A program made the position numbers and the translations under genes. This document shows, one piece after another, positions 7,599-15,485 of a DNA stretch of 64,000 nucleotides (positions are counted from its first letter, which is position 1; every line of letters begins with the position of its first letter). This stretch comes from Methanoregula sp. (lineage in GTDB: Archaea > Halobacteriota > Methanomicrobia > Methanomicrobiales > Methanospirillaceae), in the NCBI GenBank assembly GCA_041645435.1, contig JBAZQB010000002.1:413556-477555 (forward strand), read 5' to 3'. The notes under the pieces were generated by a model, which was not told the origin of the DNA, made no database searches, and worked only from the letters and a program-made list of their open reading frames with translations.

Positions 7599-8666
7599 AT
7601 GCTGAAAAAGTATAAAATGATAATGGAAAATTTGCAGCTTTCCAATTTTCAAGAAATTATTGATAATGACATAGAAATTTTATTTTCTGAACTTTCTTCA
7701 ATAACAGTCGATAAAATAAGCTTATTGGTTACTATTGCAACTTTGTCTTTTTCTGGATATTATTCGAATTTAGGTAAAAGTTTTCCCGGTTGGATTCCAA
7801 TTTGTTTAATAGTGATCATAACTTGGTCAATAAACGAAATTTCTACGAAATATTATAATTTTGAATCAAGTCAATTTTCTCAAGAATCTATTCAAAGCTT
7901 AAAGTCCGTTAATGATATTGAAAAGAAAATAATGATATATTCATTGGATTTAAGGTGCAAATTCTCGTTAATTAAGCCATTTTTAGAATCACTTACGGTA
8001 ATAGTAATGATATATTATTTAATTATGTGCTATTATTTTGTTCAAATGGATCTGACCCTTTTTGAAAATAAAACAGGAATTTTCTTGACATCCGTCATTT
8101 TTGTAATGGCGGAAGTATTTTTAGTGGAATTGATTTTCCCTGAGACTCATATTATGAAATTTTGTTTAGAGAATCTAGAGAATCCATCTTTTATAAAAAA
8201 AATTGTTGATTTTATTATAGAAAAATTTCTGATAAGTGGCTTAAAAATTCAAGTCTATACTCTTCCGATACTCTTAATCTATCTTATGTTTGCGAATCAA
8301 ATAAATCAAAATTTGATAGAATCATTAAATAATCCATTATTCGCAATTTTTCTAATTTCGCAATTCTTGTTATGGCTGATGTTATGGAATGTTTTTGCGA
8401 TTGATGAAGTAAAAAATAACTTGAAGATGAAAATTAAATGGATGATTTCATTGAAAAAAGAAATATTTGAGCAACGAATCAACGTAGATAATCCTCCAAT
8501 AGTATCTCAATCTACAATTGAAAAATACCAACTAGCAAATATATTTTCATATGAAACTTATTCGTTCCTTTTTTTCTTTTCAGATTTTTCAATTAATTAC
8601 AACTTAAATCTTGCCTTAAAATCCCAAAATGAATTAATTAGGAATTTTTTAAAGATGAGGGTATAA
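7599..8666 (+). CDS. Hypothetical polytopic membrane protein (orphan, AT-rich codon usage)
   Basis: 355-aa uninterrupted ORF in a region where AT-richness would otherwise generate frequent stops. Several hydrophobic segments. I recognise no family. Confidence 0.5.
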   Translation: MLKKYKMIMENLQLSNFQEIIDNDIEILFSELSSITVDKISLLVTIATLSFSGYYSNLGKSFPGWIPICLIVIITWSINEISTKYYNFESSQFSQESIQSLKSVNDIEKKIMIYSLDLRCKFSLIKPFLESLTVIVMIYYLIMCYYFVQMDLTLFENKTGIFLTSVIFVMAEVFLVELIFPETHIMKFCLENLENPSFIKKIVDFIIEKFLISGLKIQVYTLPILLIYLMFANQINQNLIESLNNPLFAIFLISQFLLWLMLWNVFAIDEVKNNLKMKIKWMISLKKEIFEQRINVDNPPIVSQSTIEKYQLANIFSYETYSFLFFFSDFSINYNLNLALKSQNELIRNFLKMRV

Positions 8667-8710
8667 TTAAATATAAAAAATGGTACTCAAATGTATTTTT
8701 TCGGTATTTT

Positions 8711-9163
8711 TCAAATACTTTTCATTTCAATTTCCCACTGATCCAGCCGCTTCCTGACATGCTTATTCAACGTAAACGGCTTGTAACTTTCAGCATTCTT
8801 CTTCATGTAATGCAAACCATTTTTAGAGAGTCCTCGCTTCTTCCATTCCGAATATGGGATACCCAATATCTTATTTCGAATATCATCCGCATCCGGCCTG
8901 TTAATCGAATAACCAGGATTAACCAGATCAAGGTCTTTTTGTTTACCACGAGATAGTGTGCTAACTGCAAGGTCAACAACGAACCTGAACAACTCCTGCA
9001 TATCATACGCAAGACTGTATTTCCCGATCTGCATCTCGTGAAGGAATCCATCATGAGCATCTAGGCCAACACTGTTATGGGCTCGGAGGCATTCCGCTTC
9101 AAGAAGAGAATACCCGTAATTGAGCATACAGTTGACCATATCAACCGATTGAGGGCGGGCGTT
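8711..9163 (-). pseudogene. cas1-like: Cas1-like gene fragment: C-terminal catalytic alpha-domain plus HTH tail, N-terminal part missing
   Basis: NARPQSVDMVNCMLNYGYSLLEAECLRAHNSVGLDAHDGFLHEMQIGKYSLAYDMQELFRFVVD matches the Cas1 core (RPPxDxxNAxLxYGY...GLDxxxGFLH...SLxxDxxExFR). Homology runs upstream of the annotated Met and stops at an in-frame TAA (9164-9166). No N-terminal domain is present. Confidence 0.7.
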
Positions 9164-9166
9164 TTA

Positions 9167-9360
9167 AGATTAATCTCCTTCCCGCTCCGTATGCTGTCCT
9201 TAATGAACTTCAAAGCACTTCGACCAATACCCATTCGTTCCGCATCACATTGTCGAAGAGTTAGGATCTTCTGGACAATTGTTTGTTTTTCTCGGAATAC
9301 CTGAGCATCTGTAACAAAGAGTGGTTGATCATCTATCTTGTTGGCCTCTTTACTACTCCC
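9167..9360 (-). pseudogene. Second fragment, homologous to the C-terminal HTH tail of the adjacent Cas1-like gene
   Basis: My minus-strand translation IVQKILTLRQCDAERMGIGRSALKFIKDSIRSGKEINLK aligns with IRNKILGIPYSEWKKRGLSKNGLHYMKKNAESYKPFTLN of the 8711-9163 fragment. It has no start codon and is bounded by stops. Confidence 0.4.
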
Positions 9361-9865
9361 TCATCCCCCCAATCCTCTCCTCCAGCATCCTCCCATGCGA
9401 CCCATTCCAGTACAGTTTCCCGCAGTTCTCGCACCAGAAGAACGACAACCCCCGCCAGTCCTTAGGTGCGTAATCGGCACCCGCGATCTCGCACTCGAAC
9501 GCCTCCCGCACCCGGGTGTTGCAGAGCGAGCACCGGCTCATCGTGATCCGCCGTTTGATTAAACCGAGTTCCACGAGTTGCTGCACCTGCTCCATCACGT
9601 CTTCAGACCTGATCAGGATCGCCTGATCCTTCCCGCGCCGGGCAAGCTCGGCATCGCGGGTGAGCAGGATGCGGTGCTCCTGGAGGGCGAGCTCCAGCAG
9701 GAGGGTATCTTCCTTGGCATTGCCCTCCGCAAGCCCGTTTGCGCTGGTGGTATCGTATCCCATGAACCGCAGGTATCGCGTCAGGGTGCCGAGCATGCGG
9801 TCCGCAATGAAGCGGGGCTCGGGAGCCGGGCAGTGGCTGGCGGGAATGCCGGGTTCAGGAGACAT
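9353..9865 (-). CDS. Mut7-C RNase domain (PIN-like) protein with C-terminal zinc ribbon
   Basis: RFIADRMLGTLTRYLRFMGYDT is the Mut7-C signature. C-terminal CSLCN...CENCGKLYWNGSH. Start set at MSPEPG (9865), which overlaps the upstream gene stop by 11 nt. Confidence 0.8.
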   Translation of the reverse strand: MSPEPGIPASHCPAPEPRFIADRMLGTLTRYLRFMGYDTTSANGLAEGNAKEDTLLLELALQEHRILLTRDAELARRGKDQAILIRSEDVMEQVQQLVELGLIKRRITMSRCSLCNTRVREAFECEIAGADYAPKDWRGLSFFWCENCGKLYWNGSHGRMLEERIGGMRE

Positions 9866-10868
9866 GGCGCACGATCTCGATCTTTTCGCCACAGTTGGTG
9901 CACTGGTTGCCGTCCAGTGCGACAAACCGGCTGGAGAATCCCTGCCGCTCGATGAGGGTCGTATTACATTTGGGACAGTACGTGTTCTCGTAGGAATTGC
10001 GGGGCACATTGCCCAGGTAGGGGAACCTCAGTCCTAATGCTTTTGCTTTTTTGTAGATCTTTTCCAGAGTCGCGACCGGGGTTGCCCCCCGGTCGAGCAT
10101 CTTGTAATCCGGGTGGAATGCGGAGAAGTGCATTGGTGTCTCGGGGCCGAGGTTTTCTATTACCCAGCGGATCAGCTTCTCCTGCTCCTCCATGCTGTCA
10201 TTGAGGCCCGGTATCACCAGCGTGACCGTCTCGACATGCATGCCCAGTTCTTTGGCAAGCTGTGCCGAGTCGAGCACCGGCTGGAGCTTCCCCCCGCAGA
10301 TCTTTTTGTAGAAGTCGTCGGTGAATGCCTTGAGATCCACCCGGAATGCCCCGAGCATCGGTGAAATCTCACGGAGTGCTTCGTCCGTGATGTACCCGTT
10401 TGTTACGTAAATGGTACCGAGCCCCTTTGCCCTTGCAAGGGTGCCCATATCCAATGCGTATTCGTGCCAGATCGTAGGCTCGTTGTAGGTCCACGAGATG
10501 CTCTGGCTTCCGCTCGCAATCGCCCGCCTCACGCCTTCTGCCGGTGCCAGCTCGCGGAGCATCGCGCCTTCGAGTTCCGCCCGGGAGATATGCCAGTTCT
10601 GGCAGTGCTCGCAGTGGAAGTTACAGCCAATAGATCCCAGCGAGTACGACAGGGTGCCGGGCAGGTAGTGAAAAAGAGGTTTTTTCTCGATCGGATCAAC
10701 TGCCTCTGCACTGATCTTCCCGTAGGTCATCGCCTTAAGCGATCCCTGTTCATTCATCCGCACGCCACAGATACCATGCTTCCCGTCATTGATCGTGCAG
10801 CGGTGGCTGCACAGCGAGCACTTTACCGCATTATTCTCAAGTTTTGCGTACTGGCGTGCTTCGTGCAT
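9855..10868 (-). CDS. amrS: AmmeMemoRadiSam system radical SAM enzyme (PflA-like activase family)
   Basis: N-terminal CSLCSHRC...HGICGVR, radical SAM motif CNFHCEHCQNW, and C-terminal CPKCN...CTNCG ribbon. The overall pattern is typical of the AmmeMemoRadiSam radical SAM family. Confidence 0.85.
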   Translation of the reverse strand: MHEARQYAKLENNAVKCSLCSHRCTINDGKHGICGVRMNEQGSLKAMTYGKISAEAVDPIEKKPLFHYLPGTLSYSLGSIGCNFHCEHCQNWHISRAELEGAMLRELAPAEGVRRAIASGSQSISWTYNEPTIWHEYALDMGTLARAKGLGTIYVTNGYITDEALREISPMLGAFRVDLKAFTDDFYKKICGGKLQPVLDSAQLAKELGMHVETVTLVIPGLNDSMEEQEKLIRWVIENLGPETPMHFSAFHPDYKMLDRGATPVATLEKIYKKAKALGLRFPYLGNVPRNSYENTYCPKCNTTLIERQGFSSRFVALDGNQCTNCGEKIEIVRHVS

Positions 10869-10889
10869 ACCCTGCTCCTCGAAGTGTGA

Positions 10890-11060
10890 TTAGGGATGTT
10901 CCTTATTCTCTTTTTCTATCTCCTTGAAGGCATCTGCTCCATCGATCTCGAGCACAAACGAGCCACGGTATCCGCAGTCCTTGCAGAGATAGACCTGTCC
11001 GACGTACCCTCCGGCAACCGCAAAGATTTCCTGGCTTTTACAATTCGGGCAGTAAAGCAT
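10890..11060 (-). CDS. Small zinc-ribbon protein
   Basis: MLYCPNCKSQE...CKDCGYRG gives two CxxC pairs. The shorter start (11060) is chosen because it leaves a divergent promoter gap before pyrH. Confidence 0.5.
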   Translation of the reverse strand: MLYCPNCKSQEIFAVAGGYVGQVYLCKDCGYRGSFVLEIDGADAFKEIEKENKEHP

Positions 11061-11103
11061 AGTAAACAACTCTATATGAGCATCAGGTACAAAAACTAGT
11101 GCA

Positions 11104-11808
11104 ATGAGGAATATTGTCATCTCGCTGGGTGGTTCGATCCTCCTCCCGACCCTCAGCGGGAACAGGATCAGCAGCTATGTTCCGGTACTCCGGGCGATAG
11201 CAGAGCACCACCGTCTTTTCGTTGTCGTCGGCGGGGGCGGTGCTGCACGGGATTATATTGGTGCTGCACGAAAACTCGGTGTGGACGAGGGAACCTCCGA
11301 TGAGATCGGCATCCTTGTTACCCGGCTCAACGCCACACTTCTTATTGCGGCACTGGGAGATGCTGCCTACCCGAAAGTGGCAGAGAGCCATGCGGAAGCA
11401 AAGAAGTTTGCAGAATCCAACAAGATCGTCGTGATGGGCGGTATCACGCCGGGCCAGACCACCGATGCGGTCGCGGCGGTGCTCGCTGAACGCGTAAGAG
11501 CGTCGGTGTTTATCAATGCAACCTCGGTAAACGGCATCTATGACAAAGACCCGAAAAAGCATAAGGATGCGAAGCGGTTTGAGACTCTTACGCCCCAGCA
11601 GCTGCTGGAGGTTGTCAGCCAGATCGGTCTTGGCGCCGGATCCAACAATGTGCTCGATATCATCGCTGCCCGTATCGTCGAACGCAGCCATATTCCTTTA
11701 GTTGTACTGGACGGCCAGGACCCGGAGAACCTGTCAAAAGCAATTCTCAACGGTACATTTACGGGGACGATAGTTTCTGAAAACAATAAATCCCCTCTTC
11801 CGGTTTGA
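11104..11808 (+). CDS. pyrH: UMP kinase (archaeal type)
   Basis: MRNIVISLGGSIL...VVVGGGGAARDYI...VVMGGITPGQTTDAVAA is the amino-acid-kinase fold typical of archaeal PyrH. Confidence 0.9.
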   Translation: MRNIVISLGGSILLPTLSGNRISSYVPVLRAIAEHHRLFVVVGGGGAARDYIGAARKLGVDEGTSDEIGILVTRLNATLLIAALGDAAYPKVAESHAEAKKFAESNKIVVMGGITPGQTTDAVAAVLAERVRASVFINATSVNGIYDKDPKKHKDAKRFETLTPQQLLEVVSQIGLGAGSNNVLDIIAARIVERSHIPLVVLDGQDPENLSKAILNGTFTGTIVSENNKSPLPV

Positions 11809-11825
11809 CCTCCGGGGACCATTAC

Positions 11826-11835
11826 TTATTTTTAT
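11826..11835 (+). promoter_or_regulatory. TATA-like box for tRNA-Pro
   Basis: TTATTTTTAT is centred about 30 nt upstream of the tRNA 5' end. Confidence 0.4.
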
Positions 11836-11860
11836 CATCCCGGCACATCTATGATGTCGC

Positions 11861-11935
11861 GGGGTAGTAGGGTAGCCTGGTCCATCCTAGAGCGTTTGGG
11901 ACGCTTTGACGGCGGTTCGAATCCGCCCTACCCCA
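11861..11935 (+). tRNA. tRNA-Pro(UGG): tRNA-Pro (anticodon UGG)
   Basis: Acceptor GGGGTAG/CTACCCC. Anticodon arm GAGCG-TTTGGGA-CGCTT. T arm GGCGG-TTCGAAT-CCGCC. Discriminator A. No encoded CCA. Confidence 0.9.
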
Positions 11936-11941
11936 TTGGCT

Positions 11942-12598
11942 ATGAAAAAGCAGGACGCAGCGCAGTGCTATTCTCTTCTTGCCAGACATTATCCTGATGC
12001 CCGTGATTCTCCTGCTATGCTCTCGAAAGGCTCTGCCTTTGAGGTGCTTGTCCTCACTATCCTTTCAGCACAGACTACTGATCGTGCGGTGCTGATGGTA
12101 CGAGAGCCGCTTTTTAAAAAATACCCGACACCGTCTGCTCTTGCCAAGGCCGGGACAGAAGATGTGGAAATGATCATTCATAGTCTTGGATTTTATCACG
12201 CGAAAGCCCGCAATATTATCGCTGCCTCCCGGGTGCTTCTCTCAGATTTTAAGGGAATTGTTCCCGAATCGATGGATGAATTGCTCACGATTCCCGGGGT
12301 AGGGCGGAAGACGGCCAACATCGTGCTTTACCATGCGCTTGGCAGGAACGAAGGGATTGCTGTCGACACCCATGTCCGCAGGCTGGCACAGCGGATCGGT
12401 TTTTCAAATACTGATAATGTCACCGTCATTGAACGCGATCTCATGGCTCTCTTCCCGCAGGAGCAGTGGGGCGATCTCACCGATGTCCTGATTGCCCACG
12501 GGCGGGTATGCTGCGACGCGAAGAAGCCACGGTGTGAAGTGTGCCCGATACGTGCACGGTGCCGGTATTACGCAACAACCGTAAAAGAGAGTACATAA
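11942..12598 (+). CDS. nth: Endonuclease III (HhH-GPD DNA glycosylase/AP lyase with FeS cluster loop)
   Basis: LTIPGVGRKTANIVL HhH motif, and CCDAKKPRCEVCPIRARC four-Cys cluster. Start moved to MKKQD (11942) because the longer ORF overlaps tRNA-Pro. Confidence 0.9.
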   Translation: MKKQDAAQCYSLLARHYPDARDSPAMLSKGSAFEVLVLTILSAQTTDRAVLMVREPLFKKYPTPSALAKAGTEDVEMIIHSLGFYHAKARNIIAASRVLLSDFKGIVPESMDELLTIPGVGRKTANIVLYHALGRNEGIAVDTHVRRLAQRIGFSNTDNVTVIERDLMALFPQEQWGDLTDVLIAHGRVCCDAKKPRCEVCPIRARCRYYATTVKEST

Positions 12599-12767
12599 TT
12601 ACCGGTTTTTCCGGTCTGTTTTTATCCGACAATAACATGGATCGGGTAGGGATGAGATATGACTCACTCGGATATCTCGCATTGGGGAGTACTGGTATCC
12701 TTATGTCTGGATCCCGGGAGAAAACAAGCCCGCTCCAGGTTCTGTTTGCCTTCCGGATATCCCGGCC

Positions 12768-13000
12768 GCTACCAGGAAACCCCGTAAACCGGCCCGTTTA
12801 TGTTCCTGTAAAAATATTCCTGATTTTTGCCCTGATTGTCAAAATACGGTCGGAAAGCACCTCATCCGGAGGTCACTAAAGGCCCTTGCATCGAGGCATT
12901 TTTTTGTCAAATAGTCTATCCCATCTGACCTGGAGAAACCCTGTCGGAATGCGAATATGGGGCTCTTTTTTTCCGGAGGATGCCTAAAAAGGGGAGGTGA
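12768..13000 (+). repeat. About 200-bp repeat, copy A (partner at 16848-17075)
   Basis: GTCAAAATACGGTCGGAAAGCACCTCATCCGGAGGTCACTAAAGGCCC...CCTGTCGGAATGCGAATATGGGG aligns in direct orientation with copy B at roughly 70-80% identity by eye. Confidence 0.55.
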
Positions 13001-13016
13001 TGAGCATGCGAATACA

Positions 13017-13226
13017 TCAACCGATGATCCAGTAATTCACCGGTTTTTCTGCAAACGTTTTCCCGAGTACCTGCTCATGGAACCGCTTTGCGGTTACCCA
13101 GGTAAGGTGTGCCTCAAAATCATCCGGGTGCATAGGTTTCTTTTCAATGCACTCACCGAATCCTTGCTTGTTTTCACATGGGTTTTGGTTCTCTCTTTCA
13201 TGAACAATCTGCATGGTACACCTCAT
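13017..13226 (-). CDS. Hypothetical small protein (downstream member of a coupled pair)
   Basis: 69-aa ORF whose ATG shares one nucleotide with the TAA of the upstream ORF (TAATG). No recognisable family. An overlapping plus-strand ORF also exists. Confidence 0.3.
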   Translation of the reverse strand: MRCTMQIVHERENQNPCENKQGFGECIEKKPMHPDDFEAHLTWVTAKRFHEQVLGKTFAEKPVNYWIIG

Positions 13227-13564
13227 TATTTTTCACAGAATCGATTAAGATCGCAGAATCGTACGGACTCGTAGATGATCCCACGGGCATCCTCAAGGAT
13301 TTCCGGCGTGTGCATCGTCCGCGAATTATAATTGATCCTGTTGATCTGGATAGTCAGGGCCGCAAGAGTTCTCACCATCGTCCGGATATGAGTAGATTTA
13401 TCCTGGTCGTGCCGACATTTCCGGTACAGAGCATCGGTTTTTTTCATAAGGGCCCGGACAAGGTTCCTGCATTCTTCCAGGGGGTTATCGTCAGACTGCC
13501 ATCGTTTTACAGGAATTTCCGGTAACATAAGCGATGTGTCTTTTCTCTTCGGAGAGTTTTCCAT
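13226..13564 (-). CDS. Hypothetical small protein (upstream member of a coupled pair)
   Basis: 112-aa ORF, helical and charged. No recognisable family. Confidence 0.35.
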   Translation of the reverse strand: MENSPKRKDTSLMLPEIPVKRWQSDDNPLEECRNLVRALMKKTDALYRKCRHDQDKSTHIRTMVRTLAALTIQINRINYNSRTMHTPEILEDARGIIYESVRFCDLNRFCEK

Positions 13565-14192
13565 TCTTCAGCTCCATTGCCGGGCTCTTCTCCCGGACAC
13601 GGAGCCCGGATACAGCCCAACCCAATTACCTATCCTGTTCTGTAAGTATATACATAAAATAATTTCTCTATATTTTTTATAACAACTATAGCCATAACCC
13701 GGGGACTCCCGGGCTTGCCGCATTATTGCAAACTTTCTCAGGAAACTTGTTGGTGTTTTTCATATTCAGGGACAAATATTGAGCCAATCCTAATAGTTAT
13801 AGCGTCACGGACCTGGTGGAACTGTGTCATCGTCATCGCTGCAGGGGGGATTCCGGCAAGTACTGCTATGCGATCGTTTCACGAATCGGGAATACCCGTC
13901 ACTTTTTCTCACTTTATTCTCTATATATTACAGTGGAATATATAGATTATGGCGAAAATGTATATCTGGCCGCTGCGGGTATCCTTATGCAGAGTATTGA
14001 ACGGGGATTTTGTAGGAGAATTATAAGATGCGAACTCTGCGAGAAATCCTGTGAACTAACCATGATTGATGACAAAGATACTGTGTTCCTCCTGATAACC
14101 CGGGAAAACATGCATTAAACCCGGACCTTAATCACGCAACCCGCCAGCGAAAATCCCCCTTCGGTGGGGAATAAACCCTTTGAGAAATTAAT

Positions 14193-15410
14193 ATGATACC
14201 CGCAGTTCTGCACAAAGCTCTCAGCATAGTAACCGGAGAAACAATGATCCCAAATGGTATTGGAGAACGCGCTGTTGGAACTGAAACCTCGAATATTACT
14301 GCTGCCACGATTCCGCTCGTACCGGGCCGTAAGCCCATATCCATCTCGCTCCTGCTTGTCGATGACGAGCCCTCGCTGCTGGAGATTGGGCGGATATATC
14401 TTGAACGCACTCCCGGTATCACGGTGACTACTGCGGATTCAGCATCGTCCGCACTCCGGGAACTGGAAAACACGACATTCGATGCGATTGTTTCCGATTA
14501 CCAGATGCCGGGAATGGATGGGATTGCGTTCTTACAGGAAGTTCGAGGCCGGTCGCGGACCCTGCCGTTCATCCTCTTCACCGGTAAGGGGCGGGAAGAT
14601 GTAGTGATCAAAGCACTGAACTCCGGCGCAGATTATTACCTGCAGAAAGGCGGGGATCCCAAGTCCCAGTATGCAGAGCTTGTGCACAAAGTGAAGCGCT
14701 CTGTTGAACAGCGACGGGCAGAATCAGCACTGAAACGAAAGCACGCAGTTCTGCGGGCAATCCTCTCCGCTTCACCAAACGGTATTGCCTATGTCAGGAG
14801 TCGTACCTTCCAGTGGGTAAATGACTCTCTTGCCGCAATGCTGGGATACCGGCGCGACGAGCTCAAAGGTCTGCACCTGGAGAAACTCTACGAGAATTAC
14901 CAGACCTATGATGAGATTGGCCGTCGGATCCAGAAGGATCTCAAGGCTACCGGGAAATCCACCATCATCACGAGGTTCAAACATAAGAACGGTTTTGCGA
15001 TCGATGCCGAGATCCACATCGCTCCGTTAGATGCAGGCAACCTTCACTTGGGCCACATGATTCTTATGTCAGATATCTCCCGTAAAGTAGCAGCGGTGCG
15101 GGATATGAAAAACCCGACTGGTATCCCTCATCTTGAACTGAGTCCGGTAATAGAAGTGGACCAGAACGGAAAGATCACGTATTATAACGATGCAGCAATC
15201 GATGCAATGGTCCGATACGGAAGCCGGGGCTCATTAGAAGAATTCTTCCCGAAAGACCTGTCGACGATTCTTACTCGTATGGACGAGATGGATACCGGCT
15301 CAATATTCCGGGACGTGATGATAGGTACTGCTACCTACCGGCTTCACATCACACTCAGTGCAAAATTCCGGATTGCACGCCTTTCAGCAGTCAATACCAG
15401 TGAAGCCTGA
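14193..15410 (+). CDS. Response regulator receiver domain fused to PAS domain(s)
   Basis: REC motifs are LLLVDDEPSLL, VSDYQMPGMDG and FTGKG. A PAS-like segment follows (LRAILSASPNGIAYV...). Start codon is uncertain (14193 or 14244). Confidence 0.8.
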   Translation: MIPAVLHKALSIVTGETMIPNGIGERAVGTETSNITAATIPLVPGRKPISISLLLVDDEPSLLEIGRIYLERTPGITVTTADSASSALRELENTTFDAIVSDYQMPGMDGIAFLQEVRGRSRTLPFILFTGKGREDVVIKALNSGADYYLQKGGDPKSQYAELVHKVKRSVEQRRAESALKRKHAVLRAILSASPNGIAYVRSRTFQWVNDSLAAMLGYRRDELKGLHLEKLYENYQTYDEIGRRIQKDLKATGKSTIITRFKHKNGFAIDAEIHIAPLDAGNLHLGHMILMSDISRKVAAVRDMKNPTGIPHLELSPVIEVDQNGKITYYNDAAIDAMVRYGSRGSLEEFFPKDLSTILTRMDEMDTGSIFRDVMIGTATYRLHITLSAKFRIARLSAVNTSEA

Positions 15411-15485
15411 TGCTCTCCCTCCTGTCCGAAAAACCCCATACATTTTTTTTATCTGGAAAGAGTGTGTAAAGTATCCGTATCCACC

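Larger units (their letters stand above)
7360..9360. mobile_element. AT-rich foreign island with Cas1-like gene fragments (degraded integrated element; a casposon remnant is one possibility)
   Basis: Abrupt drop in GC by eye (7560-8700 is strongly AT-rich). It holds an orphan ORF plus two truncated Cas1-like pieces. It is wedged between the repeat gap and the stop codon of the Mut7-C gene (9353). Confidence 0.35.

Noticed and set aside
8711-9360. Possibility of a CRISPR-Cas locus because of the Cas1 homology
   Set aside because: No repeat-spacer array, cas2, cas4 or effector genes occur anywhere in the window, and the Cas1-like sequences are truncated fragments.
11906-11941. N-terminal extension of the endonuclease III ORF
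   Set aside because: The extension overlaps the 3' half of tRNA-Pro. An internal Met (MKKQD, 11942) gives a normal-length Nth.
12957-13525. Plus-strand ORFs 12957-13274 and 13178-13525 overlapping the small minus-strand pair
   Set aside because: No motifs are present and they conflict with each other. The first starts inside repeat copy A. They are kept only as a caveat on the coding status of this region.
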